Source: a virus (taxonomy: Duplodnaviria; Caudoviricetes). From it: a DNA stretch of 52,228 bases. Position 1 is the first letter of the stretch, and each line of letters begins with the position of its first letter. A model generated the notes under the pieces. The model was given only the letters and a program-made list of their open reading frames with translations, was not told the origin of the DNA and did no database searches. The stretch covers positions 1 through 52,228 of IMG/VR virus record IMGVR_UViG_3300020472_000038; one strand, 5' to 3'. Shown one piece after another: positions 7,782 to 18,155 of this stretch. The translations under genes were made by a program, and so were the position numbers.

Positions 7782-9730
7782 TGGCAGGAAATCAATTAAA
7801 AGGTTCTGAAAAGAAAACCGCATTTAATCCTAGAAAGCAACCCAGTAGGGTTGGGGATTTTAAAATTACTACAATGAAATTAACATCTGCGAACCTTGAT
7901 ATAAATTCAGGCCGCGGTGCTAATTTTTTAGATCTTACCACAAGTGTTTGGCATGAATTAAATTTTTATGAAGATATATATTCTCCAATCGTTTCTGGTG
8001 ATATTACACTTACTGATACTGTAGGGCTGATAGAATCTTTTCCTATCATTGGAGAAGAAATACTTGAAGTTGCTTTTTCTACTTCTGGGGCTGCTCTTCC
8101 ACCTACTGCTGGGCCATCTGCTGTTGGTGGTAATTCCCCTGTATCAGAAGCACCGAAACAAGTGATGAATCGTTTTAGAGTTTACAAGGTAGACCCACCA
8201 GTTCAAGTAACAGATAATTCTAGAACTATTAAATTATACTTTGTAACAGATAGTCAGTTTACAAATTTATTGTCAAAAGTTAGAAAAATTTATCCAACAA
8301 AAAAAAATATTCCAAATACAAAAGCCTCTGATGAAGTTAGACCATATACTCTTGCAGATATGGCAAGAGATATATTTTATGATTTCTTTATTGGAAAGAA
8401 GAAACCACTAAAACAGCCCAAAACAAGAAAACCATTTTTAGTTGAACCCACAAGATATGCTTCTGAAATAATAATTCCAAATTGGAATCCATTTAAAGCT
8501 ATATCTTTTTTGGCTTCAAAAGCAGTTTCCAAAAATCCAAAAACAAAGGGTGCCAATTTTGTATTTTACCAAACCCTACAAGGATTTAGATTTGTTTCTA
8601 TAGAAACTCTCATGTTGGGTGGTTTCAGACTCTTTCAAGAAAAATATGCAAACAGTGCCGAGGTGTCAAAAGACTATCCTCATTTAGCGGTAAATTCTAT
8701 TTTAGAAAATGCTACTAATGATAATTCTTCACATATTCCCATTTATAGTGATGAAATTTTGGATGATCCAGATATGAAACCATTCGTAGCCTCTTATAAG
8801 TATATGCCGGCCAATATGGGAGAAGCTAAACAATCCTCATACGAATCAGTAACCAGTTTTAGATTAACTGACTCTTTTGATACGATGAAAAATGTAGCGT
8901 TGGGTATGTATTCAAATCGTGTTATTACTCATGATCTTATTCAAATGAAAATAGATCGAAGAGATTTTCATTATGTTACACCACCCTCTACGGTTACTAC
9001 GATTGAAGCAGATGGTAGTGTATCATTATTACAAAATAGAGAAAAAGGACAAGATTTTGAAGAAAAATCACAAATTGATGAATCTATTTCAACTGAAATT
9101 GGTAGATTATGTTCAGACAATGCTGATTTTTTAGGTAAACCAGAAGCTCACATATCATTAGTTCCAACAACTTTTGGACAAGCCGGAGCTCTTAATACTG
9201 GGCCTACAAAAGAGGTTACTGGTTATGGAAAGAATAATCTTATTGCAGCTAAATCACAAACTATTAAAGATCGTGACGGATTTGATGTAAAAGAAGATAT
9301 AAAAGAAAATCATGTTGAGGATGTTATTGCTAGAAGAATATCTCAAAGGTTACAGCTTGATAGTGTTAAAATAACCTTTTCAGCTCCAGGCGATTCTTCA
9401 AGAGAAGTTGGTGATTTAATTTCATTTGATTTTCCTTCAGAAAATTCTAAAGTGCCTGCTACATCTGGCCGGGGAGCTGGTCATAAGTATTATAGTGGAA
9501 AATTTTTGATTACCTCATTAAGACATAAAATTACACAAGATGAATATACAATACACGTTGAAGCAATTAAAGACGGATATAAGTCTGCAATATCTTCTGG
9601 ATTTGAAGCAACCGATCCTGTTATACAAGTACCAAATCCAAAAACTGGATTAGCAAGTTCTTCTGCTATAGGGCCGGATGGACAAATAAAAACTAATCCA
9701 AATACTGGACGAATTGTGGGAGGATTTTGA
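7781..9730 (+). CDS. Baseplate hub protein (gp27-like)
   Basis: Between gp53 and gp5; FYEDIYSP.VSG.I...D, FPIIGEE, IPNWNPFKAI, PGDS..EVGDLI, YSGKFLITSLRH. Confidence 0.75.
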   Translation: MAGNQLKGSEKKTAFNPRKQPSRVGDFKITTMKLTSANLDINSGRGANFLDLTTSVWHELNFYEDIYSPIVSGDITLTDTVGLIESFPIIGEEILEVAFSTSGAALPPTAGPSAVGGNSPVSEAPKQVMNRFRVYKVDPPVQVTDNSRTIKLYFVTDSQFTNLLSKVRKIYPTKKNIPNTKASDEVRPYTLADMARDIFYDFFIGKKKPLKQPKTRKPFLVEPTRYASEIIIPNWNPFKAISFLASKAVSKNPKTKGANFVFYQTLQGFRFVSIETLMLGGFRLFQEKYANSAEVSKDYPHLAVNSILENATNDNSSHIPIYSDEILDDPDMKPFVASYKYMPANMGEAKQSSYESVTSFRLTDSFDTMKNVALGMYSNRVITHDLIQMKIDRRDFHYVTPPSTVTTIEADGSVSLLQNREKGQDFEEKSQIDESISTEIGRLCSDNADFLGKPEAHISLVPTTFGQAGALNTGPTKEVTGYGKNNLIAAKSQTIKDRDGFDVKEDIKENHVEDVIARRISQRLQLDSVKITFSAPGDSSREVGDLISFDFPSENSKVPATSGRGAGHKYYSGKFLITSLRHKITQDEYTIHVEAIKDGYKSAISSGFEATDPVIQVPNPKTGLASSSAIGPDGQIKTNPNTGRIVGGF

Positions 9731-9733
9731 TAT

Positions 9734-11608
9734 ATGGCTGAATTTATGGGAAAAGATGGGTTTGTTTGGTGGCAAGGAGTTGTCGAAGACCGATATGATC
9801 CATTATATCTTGGAAGATGTAAAATTAGAATTCTTGGATGGCATACTGAAGATAAAACTGATATGCCAACAGAATCTTTACCTTGGGCTTATCCTGTTCA
9901 ACCAATTGTCTCAGCTGCACAAACTGGTGTAGGTATTAGTCCAACTGGGCCCGTTGAAGGAACGTGGGTTGTTGGATTTTATCGTGATGGTGAACAGGCA
10001 CAAGAACCAGTTTTCTTTGGAACTCTTGGTGGAATACCTTCACTTGACTCAAAAATTCCTTCCGATAAAAATGAGGGATTCTCTGATCCACGAGGAGACA
10101 CCGGCGGACAGGTTCACCCACAACTTGAATCATTAAAAAAAGATGCACCAATTAATAATCTTTCATATAATTCTGATAATCCAGAAAGAAATATTCCATA
10201 TCCCCCAAAAGAAATTAAACATTATAAAAGTCAAACAGAAGCTGAGACTGCCATAACTCCTTCTGATCCTGACTCACCAAAAAATAAAAAAATTCTATCA
10301 GCAATGCTTGGGAAGCCGGGAAGTTTGGCTGGTGCTATAAATGTGGTTATGGAAGAGGAAATGGATAGATCCACATATCCTCGTGATGAATATCTCGGTG
10401 AATCCACAACTCCAAGAGAAGCTAGAGGTAAGTTTGGAATTACTACAAATGAGTTTACAAAAGGAATTCATGGCCAAAAGATGAAAAACTATGGTCTTAC
10501 AGGTGGGCCAACTGGATTTAAAACCGCAAGAAGACAAATAATTAAAAATGCAGAGGGTAAAATTACAGCTCAACCAAAAGGCCAATGGAAAGAACCACAA
10601 CCTGATGCACTTTATGGTGCAGTGTATCCATATAATCATGTTCATTTATCAGAGAGTGGTCATCTTATGGAAGTAGATGATACTCCAAATAATGAAAGAT
10701 TACACCGTTATCATAGAACAGGAACTTATGAAGAAATTGGTTCTCTAGGACAGAGAATTGTTAAAATAGTAAATGAAAATTTTCACATAGGATTAAATAA
10801 TGATTACACATCAATAAGTGGTAGTAAGTATCTGAACATTACAAATACATTAGATATTGTAAGTAGGGGAGGATACTATCACGACAGCGGGAGTGGCCCG
10901 ATAGAATTTTCGGCTAAGTCCCTCAATATGAAGTTTCCCAGCCAAAATTTTTCAATAAACAACGATGGTATAACCATTGATGCTGGTAGTTCTCCTATAA
11001 CTTTGAGGGGTTCATCTTTAATAAAAACTTTTACAGATGCTGCTCAAACAGATACCGTTAAAGGGGGATTTACCCAAAAAACAGGGGGAATACATTCTAT
11101 AGAGTCGGGTTCAGCTTCGATTGCAACAAAAGGAAGTACTGGAATAACAGCTGGTGGTGGTTTTAATGTTCTCGCAACTGGTAATATAACAGAAACTATT
11201 TTAAATGCTTCAATTCCACCAGCTTCTGCAGCTAGAGACACCCTTGCTCTTTTTGGTAATATTGATTTCAATGCTACAGTAGGTAGTATAAATCTTGACT
11301 GTGGGCGGATTCCTCTTACTCCTGGCGGTACTGGATTATTGTCTTCTCTTTCACTAACCCCGAGCGGTGTTACTATGAGTGCTCTCACTCCTGGCATTTC
11401 AAAGTTAGATTTGTCTGCAGCGGGAATATCGTTAAGTTATTTAGCAGGTCTGGCTTCAATTTCTCTTGGCCCTACTGGAATAAAGTTGGAGTATGGTGCA
11501 TCATCAATTGAAGTTGGTGTTACAGGGGTTACTATTAAAGGACTTCTCAATAGTAACGAAGCTTCTGGTATTAATACTGTAAAAGGCTCACTTGTGCAAT
11601 TGAATTAA
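9734..11608 (+). CDS. gp5: Baseplate central spike gp5 (OB-fold plus beta-helix; no recognisable lysozyme domain)
   Basis: FVWWQGVVEDRYDPLYLGRCKIRILGWH, GTWVVGFYRDG, YPYNHVHLSESGHLMEVDDTP..ERL..YHRTGT, C-terminal beta-strand repeats ending KGSLVQLN. Confidence 0.95.
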   Translation: MAEFMGKDGFVWWQGVVEDRYDPLYLGRCKIRILGWHTEDKTDMPTESLPWAYPVQPIVSAAQTGVGISPTGPVEGTWVVGFYRDGEQAQEPVFFGTLGGIPSLDSKIPSDKNEGFSDPRGDTGGQVHPQLESLKKDAPINNLSYNSDNPERNIPYPPKEIKHYKSQTEAETAITPSDPDSPKNKKILSAMLGKPGSLAGAINVVMEEEMDRSTYPRDEYLGESTTPREARGKFGITTNEFTKGIHGQKMKNYGLTGGPTGFKTARRQIIKNAEGKITAQPKGQWKEPQPDALYGAVYPYNHVHLSESGHLMEVDDTPNNERLHRYHRTGTYEEIGSLGQRIVKIVNENFHIGLNNDYTSISGSKYLNITNTLDIVSRGGYYHDSGSGPIEFSAKSLNMKFPSQNFSINNDGITIDAGSSPITLRGSSLIKTFTDAAQTDTVKGGFTQKTGGIHSIESGSASIATKGSTGITAGGGFNVLATGNITETILNASIPPASAARDTLALFGNIDFNATVGSINLDCGRIPLTPGGTGLLSSLSLTPSGVTMSALTPGISKLDLSAAGISLSYLAGLASISLGPTGIKLEYGASSIEVGVTGVTIKGLLNSNEASGINTVKGSLVQLN

Positions 11609-11618
11609 GGTAAATAAT

Positions 11619-14240
11619 ATGGGAAATCCTGCAGTAGTATTTACAACTTATTCCATAAATTCTTCTACCTCTTGGGCAACCACAAATGTTTCTGGGCATG
11701 CTGCAAATTCTACAAGTTCACCCTTTGTTGAACTAAAAAGTGATTTAATTCCACACTCTGCAAAATTTTCTAATGGAGATTATTCTGTATCAGATTTTGA
11801 TACGATAAGAACTATAAAGACAGAGAATACTATTAATAATGACTCAAGTAGTGAAAGCTATGGAGATATCATTGGAACTCATGAAGATACTTTTTATTCG
11901 ACAAGAGGAACATTAGGAACTTTTGCTTTAAAGGGTGGACAATTTGAGTTATGTGCATTTGATACTGGTGAAAAGGGTGGTTCTGTTAAAGACCACATAA
12001 GTAAGTCGGGAGTAAGTCATAACTATGTTGCATTTGCAAATTCTGGTGATGGAAAGGGTTTAACTCATACTAGTTCTGGAACTGTTATTGGAGCTGCCAC
12101 TGCAGTAGTTGGCCCACCAACTGCTTATTCTGGAACTAAACCATTTGCAAACATTGAGTATAATGTCTCTCATACTTCAACTCCATTACAAGCAATAGCA
12201 GGTGGTGGGCAGACTCCAGCTATTACAGTACCAGGCAGAACTTCTGTGGATGGATATTATGTTAGTTCAACTGCAGATACAAATATTGGAAACGAAAGCT
12301 CTCCAAATTGGCAGTTTTATTGGACTATGGGTAATGTAGGATCAAGGACACAAGGATCAAACATAATAAGATACCATAAGGGTAAAGGAACAAGAATAGA
12401 AGGATCTGGTGAAGACACATACACGGTTTCTGTCGATGTCAACAGATCAAACACTTCCAATTTAATAGTAGAAAATTGGTATCCACAAGCAAGTTTTAGT
12501 GAATCAACTACCACTTCTGCTGTACATCAAGGAAATATTAAATTTAGAGTACATCCAGATTCAGAATATGTGATGAGTGAAAATATGACAACTACAAATG
12601 TAGCTGTAGCTTCTGTAACAATTGCTCCTAGTGGTGATGTTGGGCCCATCGCTACACATTCTAAAGTAACAGTTACTACTTCTGATGATCATGGATTAAC
12701 GGATGAACAAAATCAAATAGTAATAACTGGTTGTGATAATCCTACTCATATTAATGGAATTCATAATGTTCATTCCGTATCAAATACGACAGTTTTTACT
12801 TATGAAATTATAAAAAGTACTGTTCCAGAAGGACAAACAGCGGAAGGTGATATTAAATTACAAACTTATGATGGAATAGACAAAACAGGAGCGGTCATCA
12901 AAGTTTCGGGGTCAGGAAGTGGAGCTGGGATTGCAGAAGTTGTACATGGGGGTTGTGCAGGAAATAATATTGTTCTTCTTAGGGGAGATACAAGTTCAAA
13001 TATATCTTTGGGTACTCAATATTACGTTTATACAGATAACTCTGCATCTACTCCAATTTCAGCTGTTAAATTTGCCAATGGCCCAACATACAAATCTATG
13101 TTTAAAGAGATGGGTCTTTTCCTTAATGAAAGTACTGGACAAATTTCTTCAAATGGAGCTTTTGCTGGTGGAACATCAATAGACACAATTTTATCTGGTG
13201 GTTATATAACTCTTGAAGATGGATTAGGAAATGTTTTTGGAACTGAATATATTCTACAAGAAGATGAATTTGAAGGTAAATTAGAAACTGAAGATCTAAT
13301 TCGTACTGTAAGGTTTGCGGATTCTGGATTAAATGAACTTGATTCTTATTTTTACAAATTTAAACACGCAAGAGATTACGCGCTGAATAGAGTAAAGACT
13401 GATGGAACAATTACTCAAACTGGTGATGTAGTTACTATTCAAGGAGTTGATGCTGTTAGTAATATTATTTCACTTGAAGATGGAACAGGAGGTATAACAA
13501 CAGAAGGAGGATATTTCACAATCAGCCTTGAGACTGGCTCACAAACTTTCCCAACCAAGTTTGCAAATGCATTACCTTCACCCGCAAGGTTTATATCTTT
13601 AGAATATCAAAATGGGTTTAGCACTAATGTAAGTTATACAACATCAAATAGTGAATTCGTAGTACAATCTAATGCGGAAATTAGTTTATCAACTGATACA
13701 GATGATGGTGAATCTTACCATCTCACTTATACAGATACTTCTTGGCCAGTTACAAATAGTAGTTCTTATTGGTTTATGAATAATGTAGAAAATGCTCCAG
13801 CTGTGGATGACCAAAGTAATATTTTAATTTTTAAAACAACTTCTGAAAGTACAAATTTCAAAGTGCATTTTACAATTAGAGCACAAAAATATCATGGACA
13901 CATGGGAGTTTATACTGGTGCCCAAGGAACTGGTAATGCCGCTTCGGTGTTAAATACTATAGATGGCTGGGGAGATGCATTTGAAACTGGTACAGGAAAT
14001 TATTATGATGGTTATTTTTGTGTTTCAGTTTACAATAATACTGATAGTGACAGGGATGATCTAATAGTAGTATATTCAGATCAAAATAATGCAATTACTA
14101 CTACATTAGATTTTAATGGTAATGCATTCAAACATAGGGATGATCCAGACGATCCAGCTACAGAAATTCCAATTCTTAATGAAGAAGCATTAGCAAATGC
14201 ATATTCAAATGGTGATTTCACAATTTTAGATTCAATATAG
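11619..14240 (+). CDS. Hypothetical virion-associated protein, 873 aa, Ser/Thr/Gly-rich
   Basis: Long ORF with AAGGT RBS between gp5 and PAAR; contains VTVTTSDDHGL...ITG module and LEDG motifs. Confidence 0.75.
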   Translation: MGNPAVVFTTYSINSSTSWATTNVSGHAANSTSSPFVELKSDLIPHSAKFSNGDYSVSDFDTIRTIKTENTINNDSSSESYGDIIGTHEDTFYSTRGTLGTFALKGGQFELCAFDTGEKGGSVKDHISKSGVSHNYVAFANSGDGKGLTHTSSGTVIGAATAVVGPPTAYSGTKPFANIEYNVSHTSTPLQAIAGGGQTPAITVPGRTSVDGYYVSSTADTNIGNESSPNWQFYWTMGNVGSRTQGSNIIRYHKGKGTRIEGSGEDTYTVSVDVNRSNTSNLIVENWYPQASFSESTTTSAVHQGNIKFRVHPDSEYVMSENMTTTNVAVASVTIAPSGDVGPIATHSKVTVTTSDDHGLTDEQNQIVITGCDNPTHINGIHNVHSVSNTTVFTYEIIKSTVPEGQTAEGDIKLQTYDGIDKTGAVIKVSGSGSGAGIAEVVHGGCAGNNIVLLRGDTSSNISLGTQYYVYTDNSASTPISAVKFANGPTYKSMFKEMGLFLNESTGQISSNGAFAGGTSIDTILSGGYITLEDGLGNVFGTEYILQEDEFEGKLETEDLIRTVRFADSGLNELDSYFYKFKHARDYALNRVKTDGTITQTGDVVTIQGVDAVSNIISLEDGTGGITTEGGYFTISLETGSQTFPTKFANALPSPARFISLEYQNGFSTNVSYTTSNSEFVVQSNAEISLSTDTDDGESYHLTYTDTSWPVTNSSSYWFMNNVENAPAVDDQSNILIFKTTSESTNFKVHFTIRAQKYHGHMGVYTGAQGTGNAASVLNTIDGWGDAFETGTGNYYDGYFCVSVYNNTDSDRDDLIVVYSDQNNAITTTLDFNGNAFKHRDDPDDPATEIPILNEEALANAYSNGDFTILDSI

Positions 14241-14250
14241 GAGAAATATT

Positions 14251-14541
14251 ATGACTATGCCATGTTCAATAACAGGAGATATGTCAATAGGACACGCAGG
14301 ATTTACACCATCTCCAATAACTCCAACTACGGTTAATGTATTAGTCTTGGGAGTTCCGCCCCATGTTGTAGGTGATTTGATAGGGCCTCATGTTCTTGGT
14401 ACTTCAGTTCATACAGGAACTATTCTTGAAACATCAACAACTGTTTTCGCAGGAGGTAAAGGTGTAGCTAGACTGATGGACAAGGGGGATTGCCAAGCTT
14501 TGATTTTGGGAACTGCAGCAAATGTTATAGTTGGAGGATAA
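14251..14541 (+). CDS. gp5.4: PAAR-like spike tip protein (gp5.4)
   Basis: 96 aa; GDMSIGH, GDLIGPH, H54, STTVFAGGKGVARLMD..DC, NVIVGG; His/His/His/Cys metal-site pattern. Confidence 0.88.
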   Translation: MTMPCSITGDMSIGHAGFTPSPITPTTVNVLVLGVPPHVVGDLIGPHVLGTSVHTGTILETSTTVFAGGKGVARLMDKGDCQALILGTAANVIVGG

Positions 14542-14542
14542 T

Positions 14543-14722
14543 ATGAGTAAAGAAGGTATTTGGCAAGATTCAAAAGGAATGAAAGATTCTGAAATAGTTA
14601 AAAAATGGACTAAAACATTACACATAGTAGAAGATTCAATAGAACAACTTAAACATCAAAAAACAGCTTTAATAAAAAAGAAAGAAGATATAGTGAATTC
14701 TAAGGAAAACAAAAATGGCTAA
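14543..14722 (+). CDS. Small hypothetical coiled-coil protein (59 aa)
   Basis: GGAGG RBS before ATG 14543; fills the gap between PAAR and next gene. Confidence 0.6.
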   Translation: MSKEGIWQDSKGMKDSEIVKKWTKTLHIVEDSIEQLKHQKTALIKKKEDIVNSKENKNG

Positions 14723-17700
14723 TTGGAATAGTAGAGAATTACAAACGCCAGCACCGATTAAAAAAATTGGCCAAAACGCCCAAAATGCAATAAACAATTT
14801 AGATATATTGTTGAAACTTGTCAAACAGGGTGCGGATGTAGCTAAAATGTTTTTATTATTGACCAATCCCGCTGGGGCGATAATTAGATTAGCTGCTGAT
14901 GAAATTATTAAATTGTGTAATGATTTTAAAGAAATTGGAGTGTTTTATTTGTTCATTAATCCAAATGATGAAGGTTATGGAGGACAAACAAGTAGAGAAT
15001 TTGGATTAGCAATAAAACAAGATGAAAATGGTTTATATCAATTTGAACCAAGTTATGGAATGTCGGGCCGAGAATTTTATACTGTAGGTAAAGAATATCA
15101 AAAATCTCTTAATATTGCTGACCTTTCTAAAGATTATAAAGATAATCGTGGAAAAGATAAAGATGATCCTTTATTTGATCCACCAACTCCACAATTTGCA
15201 AATCCACCAGAATGGGAGCTGGGTGGATATGACCCCACAACTTGGACAGGTCATGCACCAATTACTACTATTCCATTAGCTAACGGAATATTCCCACCCG
15301 AAATGAAACCTTCTAAAGTACTTTCAATTATGTCTGAAGCTTTTGATGATGAAGGTGATGTCTCAGTATTTGAAATTAAGCCGGGCTCTAAGAATACTGC
15401 CCGTTCAGCTTCAAAGATTTATACGGCATCAGGTGCCTCTATTGATAAAAATAATTTTGATGCTGATAGATTACAAACTGAAGCACTTTATTTACTACCA
15501 GTTAAGACAGGTACAGCACATTTTGCAAGAACTTTAACTCTTGAGCAACGTGGAGAAATCACTAATCTAGTACAATCGGGGAAACCAAATTTTGCTGGAA
15601 GTTCTAATATTCAAGGAGTTGAAGTTATTGCTATTGTTGCATTAGTTGGTGTAGAGAGTTATCAAAAGTTTGTAGACGCCTTTAAATCCCTTAATAACTT
15701 ATTTGGTGGTATGCCCGGCCTAGCTGAGTTTGCTGATGATATTGCTGCAATTTATGAAAAAGCAACTAACCCACAGGGTGAACCAATGTCTATTATTAAT
15801 GACACAAGGTGGGGATCATTTGTAGAGGGTGATTATATAATTGGTCAAAAAAGTGGCGCAAAAGCTAAAATATCAGAAATAGTAAAAATAGAAGATTATC
15901 AATTGAAAAAAAAGGTAACTAAAGCAGTTAAAACGGAAGATGGAAACACGCACATATTTACAACTTTGGTAGATAATAATTCAAAAAAGGAGATCAAAAA
16001 ACTGGATATTAAAGTCCATATGCAAGGTTCAGAAACTTTCTTTCCAGATGAAAGAATCTTTGAGGGGATAGAGACACCGGCTTATTCCACCGTACACGCT
16101 GACGTGCCCAGTAAGATAATAGTTAAAGCAGCAAAAGGAACAGCTCTTGATCCTAATATACCATATGATCAAGTTAACACAAATGATGTGGCTAGTTGGG
16201 GAGCAGTATTAGGAGTTGATACTTCAGCTCCAGATTCTATTCATCCAGATTGGACATCTATTAAAATAAAAGATGTCATTCCCCATTATGGAGATTTCTT
16301 TGATGAAATTATACAATTTGCGGAAGGGTTAAAAGGGTATGCGGCCGCAGCTGATGAATTTATTGCAAGAATAATAAAACTTATTGATGATACAATTGCA
16401 GAATTTGAAGAAATCGTAAATAAAATTAAAGCATTCCTTAAATTATTTACAGATGGTCTTCCTGACGCAGGAATTTATTGGTTGACAATTAAAACCTATG
16501 GAGGAAATAAAGCTATTCAAGATGCTTTAACTGGTTCAGATGATCCCCCACCAGAAACTTTGAATTTCTGTGCTGGTTTTATAATGGTATCTGTTAGTGG
16601 AGTTGGAGGATTAAGTGCAACAAAAGGTTTAGAATTATTATTTGGTAATAATGGATTTGGATTAGAGTTTCAAGAAGTTGCTCCTATTCCAGAAGAATCA
16701 GAATTAGATTCTGCAGTACAAAAATTAAGAGATCAATACGATGCTGCCAAAGCTGCACAAATAGAATTTGCTACAGATGTTGGTGATGTACTTGGTCTTA
16801 ATCCACCAGTAAAATTTAGAGATGCAACAACGATAAAATTTACAGGTTGGAATGGAGTATCACCTAATGTTGGTGATTATGTTCTTGGAACGAAGTCTGG
16901 ATGTTTTGGACAGGTCGTTCATTTCGGGCCAGGAGAATTAGTATTAGACCATATTAAGACAGGGCCTACAATAGTTGGGACTCTAGAGGAAAAAGAAAAA
17001 ATAGTTAGAATGTTTGGTCTTAGACGCGAGGTGGATTTTCATGGGATAACCATCATAGAGAAAATGGACTATGTGGATTTTCCTTATAATGGAAAGAAAG
17101 CAGAAGCTTCTGTTGAAGGATTTGCAGCTCACATTTACCCTGACGGCCGTGCTCCATTTGGAGGTCTAGATGACTTAGTTTCAGAAGGAAGATTTACAGA
17201 AGAAGTATTGGTAAATAGGTCATCTCATAAACCGAATGGGTCAGGTACTACAGTTTATGAGGTGTTTCAAGGGAATGAAGGTACTTTTGTAGGAGTAGAT
17301 GATGTAGAAGAGTTGGAATCAGAATTTCCTTCACCAGCCAAAATTGTTGTACATGAAAGTCAAAACACAATTTGGGGAATAATAGATGTCACACAACACA
17401 TATTTAAAGTTATTGATGGTTCTGTTAAAGAGCCTGAATTGGAAAGTGGATATAATGGTAAGTATGGCTACTTTACAGGTGATGACATTATTATTTCATT
17501 TAATGAAGAATCTGCTCAAACCTTCCTTGCAGACATTGAAGGTAGGAATACAGGGCCCGACAAGATTACTCGTTTGAAACCACCACCTTCAGCTGAAGCT
17601 CCTGAAGGGATGAAACTCACAGTAGATGGTGATGATGGTATAGAAATAACTGGTGAAGGGGGAGAAGTTGAATCTTATGCTCAAGCTTTGGATAATAAAA

Positions 17701-17735
17701 TAAATCCTAATAATCAACCAGAACGCAACGAATAA
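14715..17735 (+). CDS. Hypothetical baseplate-region protein, 1006 aa
   Basis: Long ORF with AAGGA RBS; amphipathic helical segments alternating with beta-rich modules. Confidence 0.75.
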   Translation: MANWNSRELQTPAPIKKIGQNAQNAINNLDILLKLVKQGADVAKMFLLLTNPAGAIIRLAADEIIKLCNDFKEIGVFYLFINPNDEGYGGQTSREFGLAIKQDENGLYQFEPSYGMSGREFYTVGKEYQKSLNIADLSKDYKDNRGKDKDDPLFDPPTPQFANPPEWELGGYDPTTWTGHAPITTIPLANGIFPPEMKPSKVLSIMSEAFDDEGDVSVFEIKPGSKNTARSASKIYTASGASIDKNNFDADRLQTEALYLLPVKTGTAHFARTLTLEQRGEITNLVQSGKPNFAGSSNIQGVEVIAIVALVGVESYQKFVDAFKSLNNLFGGMPGLAEFADDIAAIYEKATNPQGEPMSIINDTRWGSFVEGDYIIGQKSGAKAKISEIVKIEDYQLKKKVTKAVKTEDGNTHIFTTLVDNNSKKEIKKLDIKVHMQGSETFFPDERIFEGIETPAYSTVHADVPSKIIVKAAKGTALDPNIPYDQVNTNDVASWGAVLGVDTSAPDSIHPDWTSIKIKDVIPHYGDFFDEIIQFAEGLKGYAAAADEFIARIIKLIDDTIAEFEEIVNKIKAFLKLFTDGLPDAGIYWLTIKTYGGNKAIQDALTGSDDPPPETLNFCAGFIMVSVSGVGGLSATKGLELLFGNNGFGLEFQEVAPIPEESELDSAVQKLRDQYDAAKAAQIEFATDVGDVLGLNPPVKFRDATTIKFTGWNGVSPNVGDYVLGTKSGCFGQVVHFGPGELVLDHIKTGPTIVGTLEEKEKIVRMFGLRREVDFHGITIIEKMDYVDFPYNGKKAEASVEGFAAHIYPDGRAPFGGLDDLVSEGRFTEEVLVNRSSHKPNGSGTTVYEVFQGNEGTFVGVDDVEELESEFPSPAKIVVHESQNTIWGIIDVTQHIFKVIDGSVKEPELESGYNGKYGYFTGDDIIISFNEESAQTFLADIEGRNTGPDKITRLKPPPSAEAPEGMKLTVDGDDGIEITGEGGEVESYAQALDNKINPNNQPERNE

Positions 17736-17738
17736 CTA

Positions 17739-17746
17739 ACTAAATA
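17739..17746 (+). promoter_or_regulatory. Late promoter variant ACTAAATA upstream of gp25
   Basis: Intergenic, followed by GAGG RBS and ATG. Confidence 0.65.
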
Positions 17747-17759
17747 ATACAGAGGAATC

Positions 17760-18152
17760 ATGCCAACATATAAAAAATCTTATGCAGATTTGAGTTTTGA
17801 TTTTACAGCAAATCCACAGACAGGAGATGTTGCAACAGTAAAGGATGCGGTTTCTGTAAAGAGAGGAATTAAAAATATATTATTGACTGAGGGTTTTGAA
17901 AGATTATTTCAACCAGAAATAGGTTCTGGAATTAAAAATTTATTATTTGAACCAATGACATCTCTTACTGAACAAAGATTGGCAGATGTATGTAGAGATG
18001 CTATAGATGCTTGGGAAAAAAGAGCCTCAGTAATTAATATAACAGTTATTCCAGAAGAAGAATATAATCGTTATAGAGTTGCTATACAATTTAAAATTAA
18101 TAATTCTTTAGAAACAGAACAAGTTGATGTATTCTTAAATAGAGAGAGATAA
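17760..18152 (+). CDS. gp25: Baseplate wedge subunit / sheath initiator
   Basis: YADLSFDFTANP.TGD, KNILLT..FERLFQPEIGS, FLNRER. Confidence 0.95.
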   Translation: MPTYKKSYADLSFDFTANPQTGDVATVKDAVSVKRGIKNILLTEGFERLFQPEIGSGIKNLLFEPMTSLTEQRLADVCRDAIDAWEKRASVINITVIPEEEYNRYRVAIQFKINNSLETEQVDVFLNRER

Positions 18153-18155
18153 CCG

